Assembly: GCA_963833575.1 (NCBI GenBank)
Contig: CAWHXY010000007.1
Location: forward strand, 1-64,000
Length of the DNA: 64,000 bases
Direction of reading: 5' to 3'
From: Candidatus Bathyarchaeota archaeon
Lineage (GTDB): Archaea; Thermoproteota; Bathyarchaeia; Bathyarchaeales; Bathycorpusculaceae
Positions 37,692 through 47,996 of the stretch are shown piece after piece (position 1 is the stretch's first letter; the number at the start of each line of letters is the position of its first letter). The position numbers and the translations under genes were made by a program. The notes below the pieces were generated by a model. That model was not told where the DNA came from. It worked only from the letters and a program-made list of their open reading frames with translations, and searched no databases.

Positions 37692-39431
37692 CTACCCTAG
37701 TTTAACGAACCGCGGAATTAGTTTCGCCGCAACTACTGCTATTACAACGAGGATTGCTGCGTGTTTGAATCCTGAAGCGATTGATTCATCACTTATTTTT
37801 CCAGCTACTATACCGATGATAAAGCTGTTGAAGATTGCTGACGTTACGAATATTGTTTGCATTAAGCCGGTACCTGCTGCTGTTGCCGTGCTTTGCACGC
37901 CTGTGTCAGTTGCACCAAAACCAGTGGTCAAACTCATCATCATTATGGTTGTTGCCACTAGCAAGATTGATGCTAAATAAGGCATCATGACGTAGGGGCG
38001 AACTGACATTTTCTTTTCTTTTTCAACATCCTGTGTTAAGCTGTTAAAGCGGGCCAATGACTCTATCATTGCAATTGTGCCGCCGCCGACATCTATGGTT
38101 TCAACCAAGAGGAACATTACGATCTGCACCATCCAACTGCGAGTTCGATGGAGAAAATCCATCATGACTTTTTTAATTGGAATACCCCACGAGATTTCGG
38201 CGCTGATCTTACGTAGCTCTGGGCTAAATGATCCATAGTCACGTTTTGATAGGCTTTCAATGCATTTTTCAGGTGATAATCCGGTTTTGCGTACTTCCGT
38301 GAGGTCTCTGAGGAAGTTTGAGACGCCTTGCTCCATGCTGTTTCTGACTTTTGAAAGTCTTATATGGACGATGGCTGCTGGTGCAGCGGTTATGCAAAGT
38401 GCGGTTGCTATTGCTATGGGTAAATCGACGCCCATTGCTTGCAGTTGCGTGAAGACAGGAAGCTTTGTTGCACCCATGAAATTTGTTAGGAGAAGGAATA
38501 CAACTACACCGATTATGCTGCATAAACCGAATACCTTGTAGGGACGCATTTCAGACTTTGGTGTTTTCGGCTGCATGCTGTGGGCTAGATAAATAAATAC
38601 CATTGATAGCATGGGCGTAAAAATGTAAGTATACATTAAAATTCCTGAATACTGCGACAAGCCAGCGTTTGCCGCTGTGGCTGCACTAGTTTGAATGTTG
38701 TTTACTGCGAAAAGTATGTAGAAACAAAGCGACATCATAACCATGACGATAATGAATGTTTCAAGCAACATACCGAGGCGTTCAGCCGCGGCTTTAACGC
38801 GGAGCGCTCGAGTCTTGAATATGTCTTCTGCTTTTCGCTCAAGAAAATGACCAATGTCACCACCAATAATAACTGTTGAGGCGTATCCTGACAAGAAATC
38901 TTTGAATATATCTAGTGGAGTTTTCTTTGCAGCAACTTCAAGAGCTGACAAAGGGTCGACTCCGAAGATTTCGACGTCTTTCATTATGTCTCTTGCTTCT
39001 TTCCGCATAGCTGGCATAAGATCTACTTCAGTGAGACGCTTGAAACTATTATATGGCGCAATGCCTCCTGAAGCCATGACGCTAATGTATGCTGCCGCGA
39101 AAGGCATTTCCCGCTCTAAACTTGTGGCTCTTTCGCCGGCATTATTCTTCGGCACCATTAGAAAACCAAATATTACAAAGAGCGGAACAGGAACTAAAAT
39201 AAGCAAAGGCAGAAAACCGGTAAATAATGCCAGAATTATCCCCAATGCTGATACTGGAAGCGTTAATATTGCGCAGAAAAACATTACTGAAACATAAGTC
39301 TCAGAGTAGATTCTTACTCTTCCCATTTCTAATGTGTTTTTTAGGGACTGGAAAGTGTTTTTTAAGAAAAATGGCGCGAAACGCCCAAAGAGGCGAAAAG
39401 ATAGCGCTTCAAATTTCTCAAGAAACGGCAA
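37692..39431 (-). CDS. Type IV pilus platform protein (TadC/FlaJ, T2SS F family)
   Basis: Two T2SSF domains (EREMPFAAAYISVMASGG; FLRDLTEVRKTGLS), multiple TM helices. Confidence 0.9.
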   Translation of the reverse strand: MPFLEKFEALSFRLFGRFAPFFLKNTFQSLKNTLEMGRVRIYSETYVSVMFFCAILTLPVSALGIILALFTGFLPLLILVPVPLFVIFGFLMVPKNNAGERATSLEREMPFAAAYISVMASGGIAPYNSFKRLTEVDLMPAMRKEARDIMKDVEIFGVDPLSALEVAAKKTPLDIFKDFLSGYASTVIIGGDIGHFLERKAEDIFKTRALRVKAAAERLGMLLETFIIVMVMMSLCFYILFAVNNIQTSAATAANAGLSQYSGILMYTYIFTPMLSMVFIYLAHSMQPKTPKSEMRPYKVFGLCSIIGVVVFLLLTNFMGATKLPVFTQLQAMGVDLPIAIATALCITAAPAAIVHIRLSKVRNSMEQGVSNFLRDLTEVRKTGLSPEKCIESLSKRDYGSFSPELRKISAEISWGIPIKKVMMDFLHRTRSWMVQIVMFLLVETIDVGGGTIAMIESLARFNSLTQDVEKEKKMSVRPYVMMPYLASILLVATTIMMMSLTTGFGATDTGVQSTATAAGTGLMQTIFVTSAIFNSFIIGIVAGKISDESIASGFKHAAILVVIAVVAAKLIPRFVKLG

Positions 39432-41121
39432 CTACTTTCTCCTCCTCACTCCCTTTGATCTTTTTATAGAATTCTTTTGGTTTAGCATAGTATTCTGCGA
39501 TTTCTGAGGCTACTTCTTTGTAGCTGCGGATTTTTTGCTCTCTCATCCAACGTAAAACGTCGGTGCGTCGCTTCATCTCGCTAACGAGTTGTTCTCTTGT
39601 TATGCCGCTTCGCTCGGAAATGTTTGTGAAAAGGAAACTGCTATCTATATCAATGATTTGTTGGTCTTTGATTGGGTCCCATTTGAAGGGGTTCATGAAT
39701 TTTTCTGAGTCCACAATTTCATTTACTGATAGGACGCGGCGGTATGCTCTTTTTTCGCCGTTTTTCACCAAGTGGACACGTTGAACGGACATTACAATGT
39801 TCATTAGTGGTATGTAAGCGGGTGAAATGTCCATTGGTTTCTGTGTTAGACGTCTGACTGCTGACTGAACATTTTCGGCGTGCATTGTGCACATGCCTCC
39901 GTGGCCTGTTGCTAGAGCTTGGAACAGAACGTATGCTTCTTGGCCTCGAACTTCGCCAACAATCATAAGGTCAGGGCGGTGTCTCATGCATGTTTTCACC
40001 AAGTCGAATAGCGCAACTTCGCCTACATTGCTACCGCCTAAGCCATAACTTTGTCTTGAAATGAGCGAAACCCAGTTTTCATGTGAAAGATTTAGCTCAG
40101 CGGTTTCTTCGATGGTCATGATTTTGCTACCTGGCTTGATTAAGCAACCTAAAGCGTTCAGAGCGGTTGTTTTTCCCGCGGCTGTTCCTCCGAGAACCAT
40201 AATTGAGGCCCGGTTTTCAAGGCAAATCCAGAGATAAGCCGCCATTTCCTCAGTGAAGGTGCCGATGTTGATTAGGTCAATAATTGAGTAAGGATCATCA
40301 CGGAACTTTCTAATGGTGAAAGCTGTGCCAAACGGTGTAATTTCGCGTCTATAAGCTACGGCAAGGCGATGTTTTCCTGGAAGGGAGGCGTCAACAATTG
40401 GGAAGGCGCTGCTAACGTGTTTGCCCGCCATGTGGACTAATTTGACCACAAGATTATCAAGAACTTCATCATTTTCAAACCGAACATTCGTCTCTATGCT
40501 TTCAAAAGTCCTATGCCATATGTACACTGACTTGTTTACCCCATCGCAGGAAATATCTTCAATGTTTGGGTCACGCATTAAAGGATCAATTATGCCGAAG
40601 CCAACCAAGTCGCGCTCTGCGTGGTATAAAATTTTGTACCATGAAACATCAGGTAACCAACCTAAGCTGATTCTGTATTTGTCCACTATTCTTTTTGCCG
40701 CTTGAGCGAAGAATTTTCTCGGATCAGCAATTTCTTCTTTTGGAGACTCGATTTCAGCGAGTAAGATTTCTAGAACGCGGTTGTATATCCCTCTTTCAAA
40801 TGTATCAAGTTGGAGCTCGTCAAGGATATACTTGTATTCGCCAGTTTTTGGTTCTTGGACAATTGCAACTTGGGCGAAGGGTTCATATAATGAGTATTTG
40901 TCAACAATTTTGGTTCCTTTTGGCAAGGCTTTAGCTACTGTTGGGAGCTCTTGTTCCGGTACTTTCTTCTTAAAACCCAGTTTTGGGAGTTTGAATCCTT
41001 TTTTAGTGGTTTTAGTGGTTTTTTGTTCTTCACTGGTCGTTTTTGGTTGTTTGTTGGTTTTTTTGGTTGGTTGCAGTTTTTTGATGGTTTGTTTCAGTTG
41101 TTTGAAGCTTTGGTTTGGCAT
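39418..41121 (-). CDS. Type II/IV secretion ATPase (FlaI/VirB11/CpaF family)
   Basis: GGTAAGKTT Walker A, TIEETAEL, RHRPDLMIVGEVRG, TGHGGMCTMHA. Confidence 0.93.
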   Translation of the reverse strand: MPNQSFKQLKQTIKKLQPTKKTNKQPKTTSEEQKTTKTTKKGFKLPKLGFKKKVPEQELPTVAKALPKGTKIVDKYSLYEPFAQVAIVQEPKTGEYKYILDELQLDTFERGIYNRVLEILLAEIESPKEEIADPRKFFAQAAKRIVDKYRISLGWLPDVSWYKILYHAERDLVGFGIIDPLMRDPNIEDISCDGVNKSVYIWHRTFESIETNVRFENDEVLDNLVVKLVHMAGKHVSSAFPIVDASLPGKHRLAVAYRREITPFGTAFTIRKFRDDPYSIIDLINIGTFTEEMAAYLWICLENRASIMVLGGTAAGKTTALNALGCLIKPGSKIMTIEETAELNLSHENWVSLISRQSYGLGGSNVGEVALFDLVKTCMRHRPDLMIVGEVRGQEAYVLFQALATGHGGMCTMHAENVQSAVRRLTQKPMDISPAYIPLMNIVMSVQRVHLVKNGEKRAYRRVLSVNEIVDSEKFMNPFKWDPIKDQQIIDIDSSFLFTNISERSGITREQLVSEMKRRTDVLRWMREQKIRSYKEVASEIAEYYAKPKEFYKKIKGSEEEKVVAVS

Positions 41122-41309
41122 AGGTGGTCAGTATTTAGGATTCATTTTTACGCTTATTAAGTATTATGTCTTACTATATGTTAATGTTGATGTGTTTAAC
41201 ACAGATACAGCGAGCTAACCACAACGATAAACTTGCCAACAGTCATCAAAACAATTTTAAACCCACAAAACCATCCACATACACAAACGCACTAACGGAA
41301 GAAAAACAA

Positions 41310-42005
41310 TTGAACCAAACCTCAAAAATCATCAGTCAAGCAAAGAAAGAAGGAAGAAAAGCCCTCCTCGAACCTGAAGCCAAAACAATCTGCACAGAAT
41401 ACGGCATTCCCGTAACCAAGTTCAAAGTCGCATCCAACGCCAAAGAAGCAGCAAAGTACGCCGACGAAATCGGCTACCCAATTGTCCTAAAAATCATTTC
41501 CCCAGATATTATCCACAAATCAGATGCCGGAGGCGTAATAGTTAACTTGAAAACCGGGGCCGAAGTTACTACCGCATACAATAGAATTTTAAAAAATGTT
41601 AAAAAATTCAAAGCAGATGCAATAATTGTGGGAATTTTAGTGCAGGAAATGGCTCCAAATTCAACCGAAGTCATCGTGGGAGCAATTAAAGACCCTCAGT
41701 TTGGGCAAACGGTGATGTTTGGTTTAGGTGGAATATTTGTTGAAATCCTAAAAGATGTAAACTTTAGAATTGCGCCCCTTAGCATTGATGATGCAAAAGA
41801 AATGATTACTCAGCTTAAGGCTTATCCGCTTTTGAAAGGGTTCCGTAACACGCCGCCCGCAGACATTGATGCATTAGTCGGGATACTTTGCAGCACTTCG
41901 CGATTGGTTATGGATTACCCAGAAATCAAGGAGCTAGACTTGAACCCGGTGATATCATACCAGAAAGGTGCAAAAACAGTCGACGCAAGAATAATACTAG
42001 AATAA
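41310..42005 (+). CDS. acdB: Acyl-CoA synthetase (ADP-forming) beta subunit, ATP-grasp
   Basis: LLEPEAK, GYPIVLKIISPDIIHKSDAGGV, DPQFGQTVMFGLGG, ELDLNP; TTG start proposed at 41310. Confidence 0.85.
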   Translation: MNQTSKIISQAKKEGRKALLEPEAKTICTEYGIPVTKFKVASNAKEAAKYADEIGYPIVLKIISPDIIHKSDAGGVIVNLKTGAEVTTAYNRILKNVKKFKADAIIVGILVQEMAPNSTEVIVGAIKDPQFGQTVMFGLGGIFVEILKDVNFRIAPLSIDDAKEMITQLKAYPLLKGFRNTPPADIDALVGILCSTSRLVMDYPEIKELDLNPVISYQKGAKTVDARIILE

Positions 42006-42055
42006 AAAAACGTACAATTTTTATTTTTAAAACAAGAAAAAGAAAACAAAAGAAG

Positions 42056-43327
42056 TTATTGTTTTTTGGTTAGTTCTTCGAGGATTTCCTTGGCTCTGTC
42101 CACACGGACTTTGCGTTCCTTAACCATCTGTTCAGCCACCTTATCAACTAAGTCATCTTTTGCGCCTGCAGTTACCGCGATGTTTCTTGCGTGAAGAGAC
42201 ATGTGACCGCGTTGAATTCCTTCGCTTGATAGGGCTCGCAGTGCGCCTAGGTTTTGGGCTAAGCCGACAGCAGCTAAGACTTCTCCGAATTCGTTGGCTG
42301 ATTTGACGTTTAAGATTTTCATGCCTATTCTAGCTATTGGGTGAGTTTTTACTGCTCCGCCGATCAAGCCAACGGCCATCGGTAATTCAATTACGCCGTC
42401 TAAGTCGCCGTTCTTGTTTTTTGTCCATTTAGAAATTGAAGTGTATGACCCGTTTAAGGCGGCGTAGGCGTGAGCTCCGGCTTCAACGGCGCGGTGGTCG
42501 TTTCCTGTGGCTAAAACCACTGCGATAATTCCGTTTAAGGCGCCCTTGTTGTGCGTTGCTGCCCGGTAAGGATCGGCCGCTGCAAAAGCTGATGCGTAAG
42601 CGATGCCCTCTACGACTGCTTCGCCTCCAAGTGCTTCTTTGGGGATAGTGCACCATGCTTTGGCTAAACGTTTTGTAGCTAAATTAGTGATGATGCGCAG
42701 GTAAACGTGGCCGCCAGTAAGTTGTTCAATCATTGGAGCTACGGCTTCAGCCATCGTGTTAACAGCGTTTGCTCCCATGGCGTCTCTGCAATCAACATAT
42801 AACTCCACAATCACCATTTGTCCCATCGTGGTCTCGATGATTTTAGCGTCCATGTCTTTAGCTCCGCCGCCGAAAGAATTTAGAACTGGGTCTTGGTCGT
42901 TTGCTTTTTTGAGAATTTCCGCCTTAGCATCCAAGATTTGTTTTTTAGCTAGTTTCGCGTCTTTAAGTTTTACAAGTTGGATCTGCCCAATCATAACTGG
43001 CGTTGTACTGATAGTGTGAAAGCCCCCGCCATCGCGAATCATTTTAGCTGCGTAACTCGCAGCGGCAATAACGCTAGGCTCTTCGGTTGCCATCGGGATT
43101 AAGTAGTCTTTTCCGTTTATTTGGAAGTTTACTCCGATGCCTAAAGGTTCAGGGAAAACACCAATAACGTTTTCAACCATGTGATCAGCTACGTCCATCG
43201 GCAAAGAGCCAGTGTTTTCAAGTAACCGCATTTCCTCTTCAGTTAAACCAGCAAAATCCTTAACGATTGCTAAACGCTCTTTGGGTGGAAGCTTATAGAA
43301 GCCTGAAATTACAGATGATTTCGTCAT
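42056..43327 (-). CDS. mvaA: HMG-CoA reductase, class II
   Basis: ENVIG, PMATEEPSVIAA, DAMGAN, ATHNKG, GIQRGHMSLH. Confidence 0.92.
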   Translation of the reverse strand: MTKSSVISGFYKLPPKERLAIVKDFAGLTEEEMRLLENTGSLPMDVADHMVENVIGVFPEPLGIGVNFQINGKDYLIPMATEEPSVIAAASYAAKMIRDGGGFHTISTTPVMIGQIQLVKLKDAKLAKKQILDAKAEILKKANDQDPVLNSFGGGAKDMDAKIIETTMGQMVIVELYVDCRDAMGANAVNTMAEAVAPMIEQLTGGHVYLRIITNLATKRLAKAWCTIPKEALGGEAVVEGIAYASAFAAADPYRAATHNKGALNGIIAVVLATGNDHRAVEAGAHAYAALNGSYTSISKWTKNKNGDLDGVIELPMAVGLIGGAVKTHPIARIGMKILNVKSANEFGEVLAAVGLAQNLGALRALSSEGIQRGHMSLHARNIAVTAGAKDDLVDKVAEQMVKERKVRVDRAKEILEELTKKQ

Positions 43328-43411
43328 TTTTAATTCCTTTACTTGTGAATTGAGTGTAGTTTAGTTGTTTGCTTTTAAGCTTTAAGCAACTTTTAGCTAA
43401 AACTTAGGGAT

Positions 43412-44434
43412 TTACAATGTTGTTTGACCGTGATTTCTTGGCATTGCGATTGCAGAAACGCCTAAGCGCTTTCGAATTTCCTTAGCTAAAACTGCTCCGT
43501 TGTTGCCTCGATAGTTATCTGTAATAACCTGTTTTGCGCGCGAGCGTTTAACATACTCTATTATACCATCAAAATCAGAGTGGTCGCTTAAGGCAACCAG
43601 ATATTCCCTGTCACCGATTTGTCTGCATGGTGTATTGAATTCCCAACCGCTAACGCAAATCCGGGAGTTACTTAACCCCACGTGTTGGCGTTGGTTCATG
43701 TGGTAAAATGCAACGCAGGGAAGATTTCCTTCGAGAAGCTCACGTCCGTTCTCATCAGCGGAATGAGACAAGCAGCCAAGGTTCATGCCGTGCTGTTCAC
43801 ATACTTTGGTAACTTCGTAAACACGTTCAGGCATGACAAACGGAACTTCAACGTCTGCCTCTCTTAGAAGCTTCATTATTTCCTGCAGTTTGCCGTGGTA
43901 ACCAAAAACGTAAACCGCCCCGCCCCTCAAACGTTTTTCAACCATAGAAACTAGCAGTTCTCGCACATCAACGTCAAATCTTCGTCTGCACGAAGGACTG
44001 CCATACGTTGCATCAACCACCAAAACATCACAGTTTACCACAGGCGAGCCATCAGTTCTAAAATCGCCAGAGTAAGCTATCCGTATTCCCCCAGCATCCT
44101 CAACTAATACTTGTGCGGCGCCTAAAATATGATCGGCTTTGACAAGCGTTATTTTTTCTTCACCAAATTTTATTGGTTTGTCATACTCCATTGTCTCAAC
44201 CGATCGGCCACGAAGTTTGAGGGAATCGTCAAGAGTCTCTGCAAGGTCTCTTGTGGCTTTAGTCATCAAAACCTTCTCGCAGAGTTTCAAGCTTTTTCGT
44301 AATCCGCCAAGATGGTCTGCGTGTGCGTGTGTTACAATTCTCAAGGGCATATCGGCATTAAAGGCGTCACAGGCAACGCTGTCACCTAGCAAAACTGCGC
44401 CGTTTTTGCTGACTTTAGCCCTTAAAGACATCAT
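43412..44434 (-). CDS. Metallo-beta-lactamase/beta-CASP nuclease
   Basis: THAHADH, HILGA, YSGDF, DATYG, LSDHSDF. Confidence 0.85.
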   Translation of the reverse strand: MMSLRAKVSKNGAVLLGDSVACDAFNADMPLRIVTHAHADHLGGLRKSLKLCEKVLMTKATRDLAETLDDSLKLRGRSVETMEYDKPIKFGEEKITLVKADHILGAAQVLVEDAGGIRIAYSGDFRTDGSPVVNCDVLVVDATYGSPSCRRRFDVDVRELLVSMVEKRLRGGAVYVFGYHGKLQEIMKLLREADVEVPFVMPERVYEVTKVCEQHGMNLGCLSHSADENGRELLEGNLPCVAFYHMNQRQHVGLSNSRICVSGWEFNTPCRQIGDREYLVALSDHSDFDGIIEYVKRSRAKQVITDNYRGNNGAVLAKEIRKRLGVSAIAMPRNHGQTTL

Positions 44435-44445
44435 AAGCCCTCTTG

Positions 44446-44847
44446 CTACGAAGATTTTTCAGCGAGCCACTCGATGAGTGGCTGCAGATCGTCCGTTTCA
44501 ATAGTTATTTTCAAGGGGCCTAGCGGTGATTCTGATGTTTCTTCACAAAATGAGACATGTCCTGCAAAAGCTACCTGCTTGTTTAAGCAAAAACTAATAG
44601 TGTTACCTCTTACGCAGCGAAAAAGCGCTTTTCTGGATGCATCACGAACTCTGTCATTACGCATAAGGATGCGTAGTTTACTGAGAGATTCTTGACCTTT
44701 TGCTTCAGCTTTTAGGATGTTTGTTTTGCCTTCAGACTCAATTGTTATTGAAGCATTGGCTAAAATGTTAGTTACAGCTGTTTTCACTTTTTCTTCGCTC
44801 TCTGTCTGGTTAATTTCTGTTTGAACAAGAACGATTACTTCAGCCAT
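44446..44847 (-). CDS. UPF0201 (DUF54) RNA-binding protein
   Basis: TESEEKVKTAV, LNKQVAFAG, ESPLGP. Confidence 0.85.
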   Translation of the reverse strand: MAEVIVLVQTEINQTESEEKVKTAVTNILANASITIESEGKTNILKAEAKGQESLSKLRILMRNDRVRDASRKALFRCVRGNTISFCLNKQVAFAGHVSFCEETSESPLGPLKITIETDDLQPLIEWLAEKSS

Positions 44848-45401
44848 TTTTCCTCGATTCTCCGCAAAGCCTCTGCAACTTTAGCTTTCGTATCTTCAAC
44901 ACTACTATCATTGATTATCATTTGCTCAGCCATCGCAATCACATTTCCTAAACCAACGCTGAGCTCACGGATATCCCGTTCATGGAAAACTTCCCATGCG
45001 TTTGGGTCGTCGCTTCGATGACGGCTAGTTAGCCGTGTGAACCTTGCCTCTGGAGAAGCATGCACAGCAACTATGCTGAATTTGGCAAAATGTGCCTTAA
45101 GAGCATCCACCTCATGGAGGCTTCTTAATCCGTCAATAAGGATTTTGCTGCTTTTTTGCTCTTCTATTTTTGGAATACATTTCTGTGCAACTACTGTAAC
45201 TCCTCCATCGGCTCGCAGTTGAAGCATAACTTTGCCAACGTTCTGCGGGGTTAACTCTAATCCAAGTTTCTTGGTTTCCTCCCTAATTACATCGCCCATA
45301 ATTACAATGGCGTAGCCCAATTCTGTGGCGGTTTCAACGACCAAGGATTTGCCTGAGCCAGGCATTCCTGCTAAACCAACAACTATCTTATCGTCGCTCA
45401 T
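44835..45401 (-). CDS. UPF0200 / dephospho-CoA-kinase-like P-loop kinase
   Basis: GMPGSGKS, MGDVIRE, IDGLRS, RSDDP. Confidence 0.82.
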   Translation of the reverse strand: MSDDKIVVGLAGMPGSGKSLVVETATELGYAIVIMGDVIREETKKLGLELTPQNVGKVMLQLRADGGVTVVAQKCIPKIEEQKSSKILIDGLRSLHEVDALKAHFAKFSIVAVHASPEARFTRLTSRHRSDDPNAWEVFHERDIRELSVGLGNVIAMAEQMIINDSSVEDTKAKVAEALRRIEEKWLK

Positions 45402-45491
45402 AACTAACCCCTTTTTGGTTCATATTAGCAAAGGTTTGTATTAAAAAGCATTTATGAAAGTTAAGTGTTAAAAATACCTAAGGTGCAGTTG

Positions 45492-46070
45492 ATGTCTGAA
45501 CAAATAAGAAGTTTCATAGCTTTTGACATCGAAAATGAACAGGTACTAAACAGATTGTCAGCAGCACAAAAGCTTATTCTTGAAACAGGCGCCGACCTGC
45601 GGCCTGTAGCCCCCCAAAATATCCATGTAACAATCCGTTTTCTTGGTTCAATCAGCCCCAACATGCTGGAGAAAGTTTACGAAGCCATGAAAAACGTTAA
45701 ATTCACCCCTTTCACGATCAAAATTTGCGGTCTAGGCGTTTTCCCTAGCATAAATTATCCCCGCGTCGTATGGGCAGGAATGACTGATGGAGTGGAACAG
45801 CTCAAAAATATCTTTACCCAGCTGGAACCTCAGATTCTCGGTTTAGGGTTTGAGAAAGATGCTTTCGGGTTTAGCCCTCACTTAACTATCGCAAGAGTAA
45901 GATCCGCCAAAAACAAACAGAACTTAGCTGAGCTATTAACAAAAAGAGGTGATTTTGAGGTTGGTACAATCAAAGCTAACTGCCTTAGACTCAAAAGAAG
46001 CCAGCTATCTCCCAAAGGTCCAACTTATACAACAATCAAAGAAGTGTGTCCAGAAGCTTCAACAAAATGA
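45492..46070 (+). CDS. thpR: RNA 2',3'-cyclic phosphodiesterase (2'-5' RNA ligase family)
   Basis: RSFIAF, HVTIRFLG and PHLTIAR (2H motifs). Confidence 0.92.
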   Translation: MSEQIRSFIAFDIENEQVLNRLSAAQKLILETGADLRPVAPQNIHVTIRFLGSISPNMLEKVYEAMKNVKFTPFTIKICGLGVFPSINYPRVVWAGMTDGVEQLKNIFTQLEPQILGLGFEKDAFGFSPHLTIARVRSAKNKQNLAELLTKRGDFEVGTIKANCLRLKRSQLSPKGPTYTTIKEVCPEASTK

Positions 46071-47488
46071 TAGCAATGCAGGAAATAAATAATTTAACCA
46101 AGAATGTACTTGAAAAAATTACTCCGACTGTAGAGGATCGGGCAAAAGTTGAAGCCATAACCCGCGAGTTAGAGCTTAAAGTATTGTTGGCTTGTAGACA
46201 GGATAGCGTCGATGCAGTGGTGAGAGTAGAGGGCTCGGTTGCCAAGGACACTTGGCTTAAGGAAAACCCCGATATCGACATTTTTATGCGTTTGCCAACC
46301 TCGATTCCCAGAAAACACTTTGGCACTGTAGCTTTGCGAATTGCTAAAAACGCTGCTGGATCTTACCAGCAAATTGAACGTTTCGCTGAGCATCCCTACC
46401 TTCAATTAATTGTTGAAGATTACCGCGTTGATATCGTGCCCTGTTACGATACTAAACCTGGGGAATGGAAAAGTGCTACAGATCGCACCCCCTACCACAC
46501 AGACTACATAAAAAAGCATCTTGACAAGGACTTGCTAGGTGAGGTTCGGCTTTTGAAAAAGTTCATGAAGGGAACGGGAGTTTATGGGGCTGAAATAAAA
46601 ATTGGCGGCTTCAGCGGATATCTCTGCGAACTACTGATAATGAAGTACCGATCTTTCGCACAGACAATTGAAGCGTTTGCAAATTACAGTAAACGGGTGA
46701 TTGTAGACATAGAGAACCACTATGCAAACAGGGAAAGGGATCTTTCGTTGCTTTTTCCTGAGCCGATGGTGATCATTGATCCTGTTGACAAAGGAAGAAA
46801 TGTTGCTTCACCGGTGCGACCTCAGAAGCTTTATGATTTCGTTGGTGCCGCCAGAGCATTTCTAAAAAAACCAAGTATATCATTCTTTTATCCACCCAAA
46901 GCAAACGCGTTATCCATTGTTGAGTTACAAAGTGAATTGGTTAATCGCGGCTCAGCTCTAGTCTTTCTAGTTATAGACCACGCTTCAATCGTTCCGGACG
47001 TTTTGTGGGGGCAACTATACAGAACAAAACGAGCGCTTCACAAAATGATAGAGTTAAACGATTACAAAATCCTCAAAGACCGAGTTTGGAGTAACGAAAA
47101 AACATTAAGCGTCTTTGTTTTTGAGCTTGAACAACAATTCTTACCTAATGTCAAAAAACACTTTGGACCACCACTTGAACGAGAAACAGAATGCGAAAAT
47201 TTCCTCATAAAATATACGAACAATAATACTGCAATTTCCGGACCATACATTGAGGATGGACGCTGGATCGTTGAGATACCACGTAAAACAACCGACGTAG
47301 TTGTGCTATTGAAGGAGAAGCTTGCGGATGGAGGCAAAAACGCAGGCGTCGCAGAACTTATCGCTGAATCAATCAGCAAGAAAGTCAATATTGCAGTTAA
47401 CAATGAAATAGATGAAGTTTATGAGAAAAACGGTGATTTCGCGGTGTTTTTAACTGATTTTGTTTATGGGAAACCATTTTGGATTTGA
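46067..47488 (+). CDS. cca: CCA-adding enzyme (class I)
   Basis: GSVAKDTWL..DIDIF, AEHPY, SATDRTPYH, GGFSGYLCELL. Confidence 0.95.
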   Translation: MIAMQEINNLTKNVLEKITPTVEDRAKVEAITRELELKVLLACRQDSVDAVVRVEGSVAKDTWLKENPDIDIFMRLPTSIPRKHFGTVALRIAKNAAGSYQQIERFAEHPYLQLIVEDYRVDIVPCYDTKPGEWKSATDRTPYHTDYIKKHLDKDLLGEVRLLKKFMKGTGVYGAEIKIGGFSGYLCELLIMKYRSFAQTIEAFANYSKRVIVDIENHYANRERDLSLLFPEPMVIIDPVDKGRNVASPVRPQKLYDFVGAARAFLKKPSISFFYPPKANALSIVELQSELVNRGSALVFLVIDHASIVPDVLWGQLYRTKRALHKMIELNDYKILKDRVWSNEKTLSVFVFELEQQFLPNVKKHFGPPLERETECENFLIKYTNNNTAISGPYIEDGRWIVEIPRKTTDVVVLLKEKLADGGKNAGVAELIAESISKKVNIAVNNEIDEVYEKNGDFAVFLTDFVYGKPFWI

Positions 47489-47600
47489 GACAATATTAAC
47501 TTTAGAAGAAGAAGGACACTACTTTTTGCATTTTTTGATAAGTCTGTTCTGGGGTGCTTCTTTGGTTTAGGCTTTAATTCATTTCCAGCTTGAGTCTGTA

Positions 47601-47670
47601 ATAGTCACTATCAGTCATAAATAGTCATTAAAAGTCTTAAATAGTCTTAAATAGTCAATAGGAGCCATTA
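47601..47670. repeat. Tandem array, 7 units, exact 10-bp period (core AGTC)
   Basis: atagtcacta tcagtcataa atagtcatta aaagtcttaa atagtcttaa atagtcaata ggagccatta. Confidence 0.85.
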
Positions 47671-47720
47671 TTAATAATCACATTAGTAAATGAAGTCTAC
47701 GAGTTAAACGAGGTAAAATT

Positions 47721-47996
47721 TTGCCCCTCACAGAACCGATTGACATTCAAACAATACTTGAAAAAGGCAACAGAGTGCAAATCCCAAAAATAATCCAGTA
47801 TAAAATTGAATCCGATCAAGTGTTAAATGTTGGTTTGCTCCCTCTTAATTCACATGGAAGGTGGCATTATTTTTATGCAAAAATGGACAAGCAAGGCAGA
47901 ATATTTGTCCCCAAGCTGACATTGGAACATTTGGTAAAGGAAAATAATCAAAATCTTGTAGGATACGTTTTCCAGGTAAGGCTGTTACCCGCTTAG
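47721..47996 (+). CDS. Tandem AbrB/SpoVT (MraZ-like) DNA-binding protein
   Basis: Two swapped-hairpin motifs: LEKGNRVQIPKII and KMDKQGRIFVPKLT; TTG start after GAGGT. Confidence 0.72.
   Translation: MPLTEPIDIQTILEKGNRVQIPKIIQYKIESDQVLNVGLLPLNSHGRWHYFYAKMDKQGRIFVPKLTLEHLVKENNQNLVGYVFQVRLLPA

Noticed and set aside
40960-41120. T/G-rich low-complexity repeat
   Set aside because: It encodes the Lys/Thr/Gln-rich N-terminus of the pilus ATPase.
29336-41121. Archaellum operon
   Set aside because: No archaellin, FlaH, FlaF or FlaG recognised; composition fits an adhesive type IV pilus.
42056-43327. Bacterial-type class II HMG-CoA reductase as a novelty
   Set aside because: Already known in several archaeal lineages.
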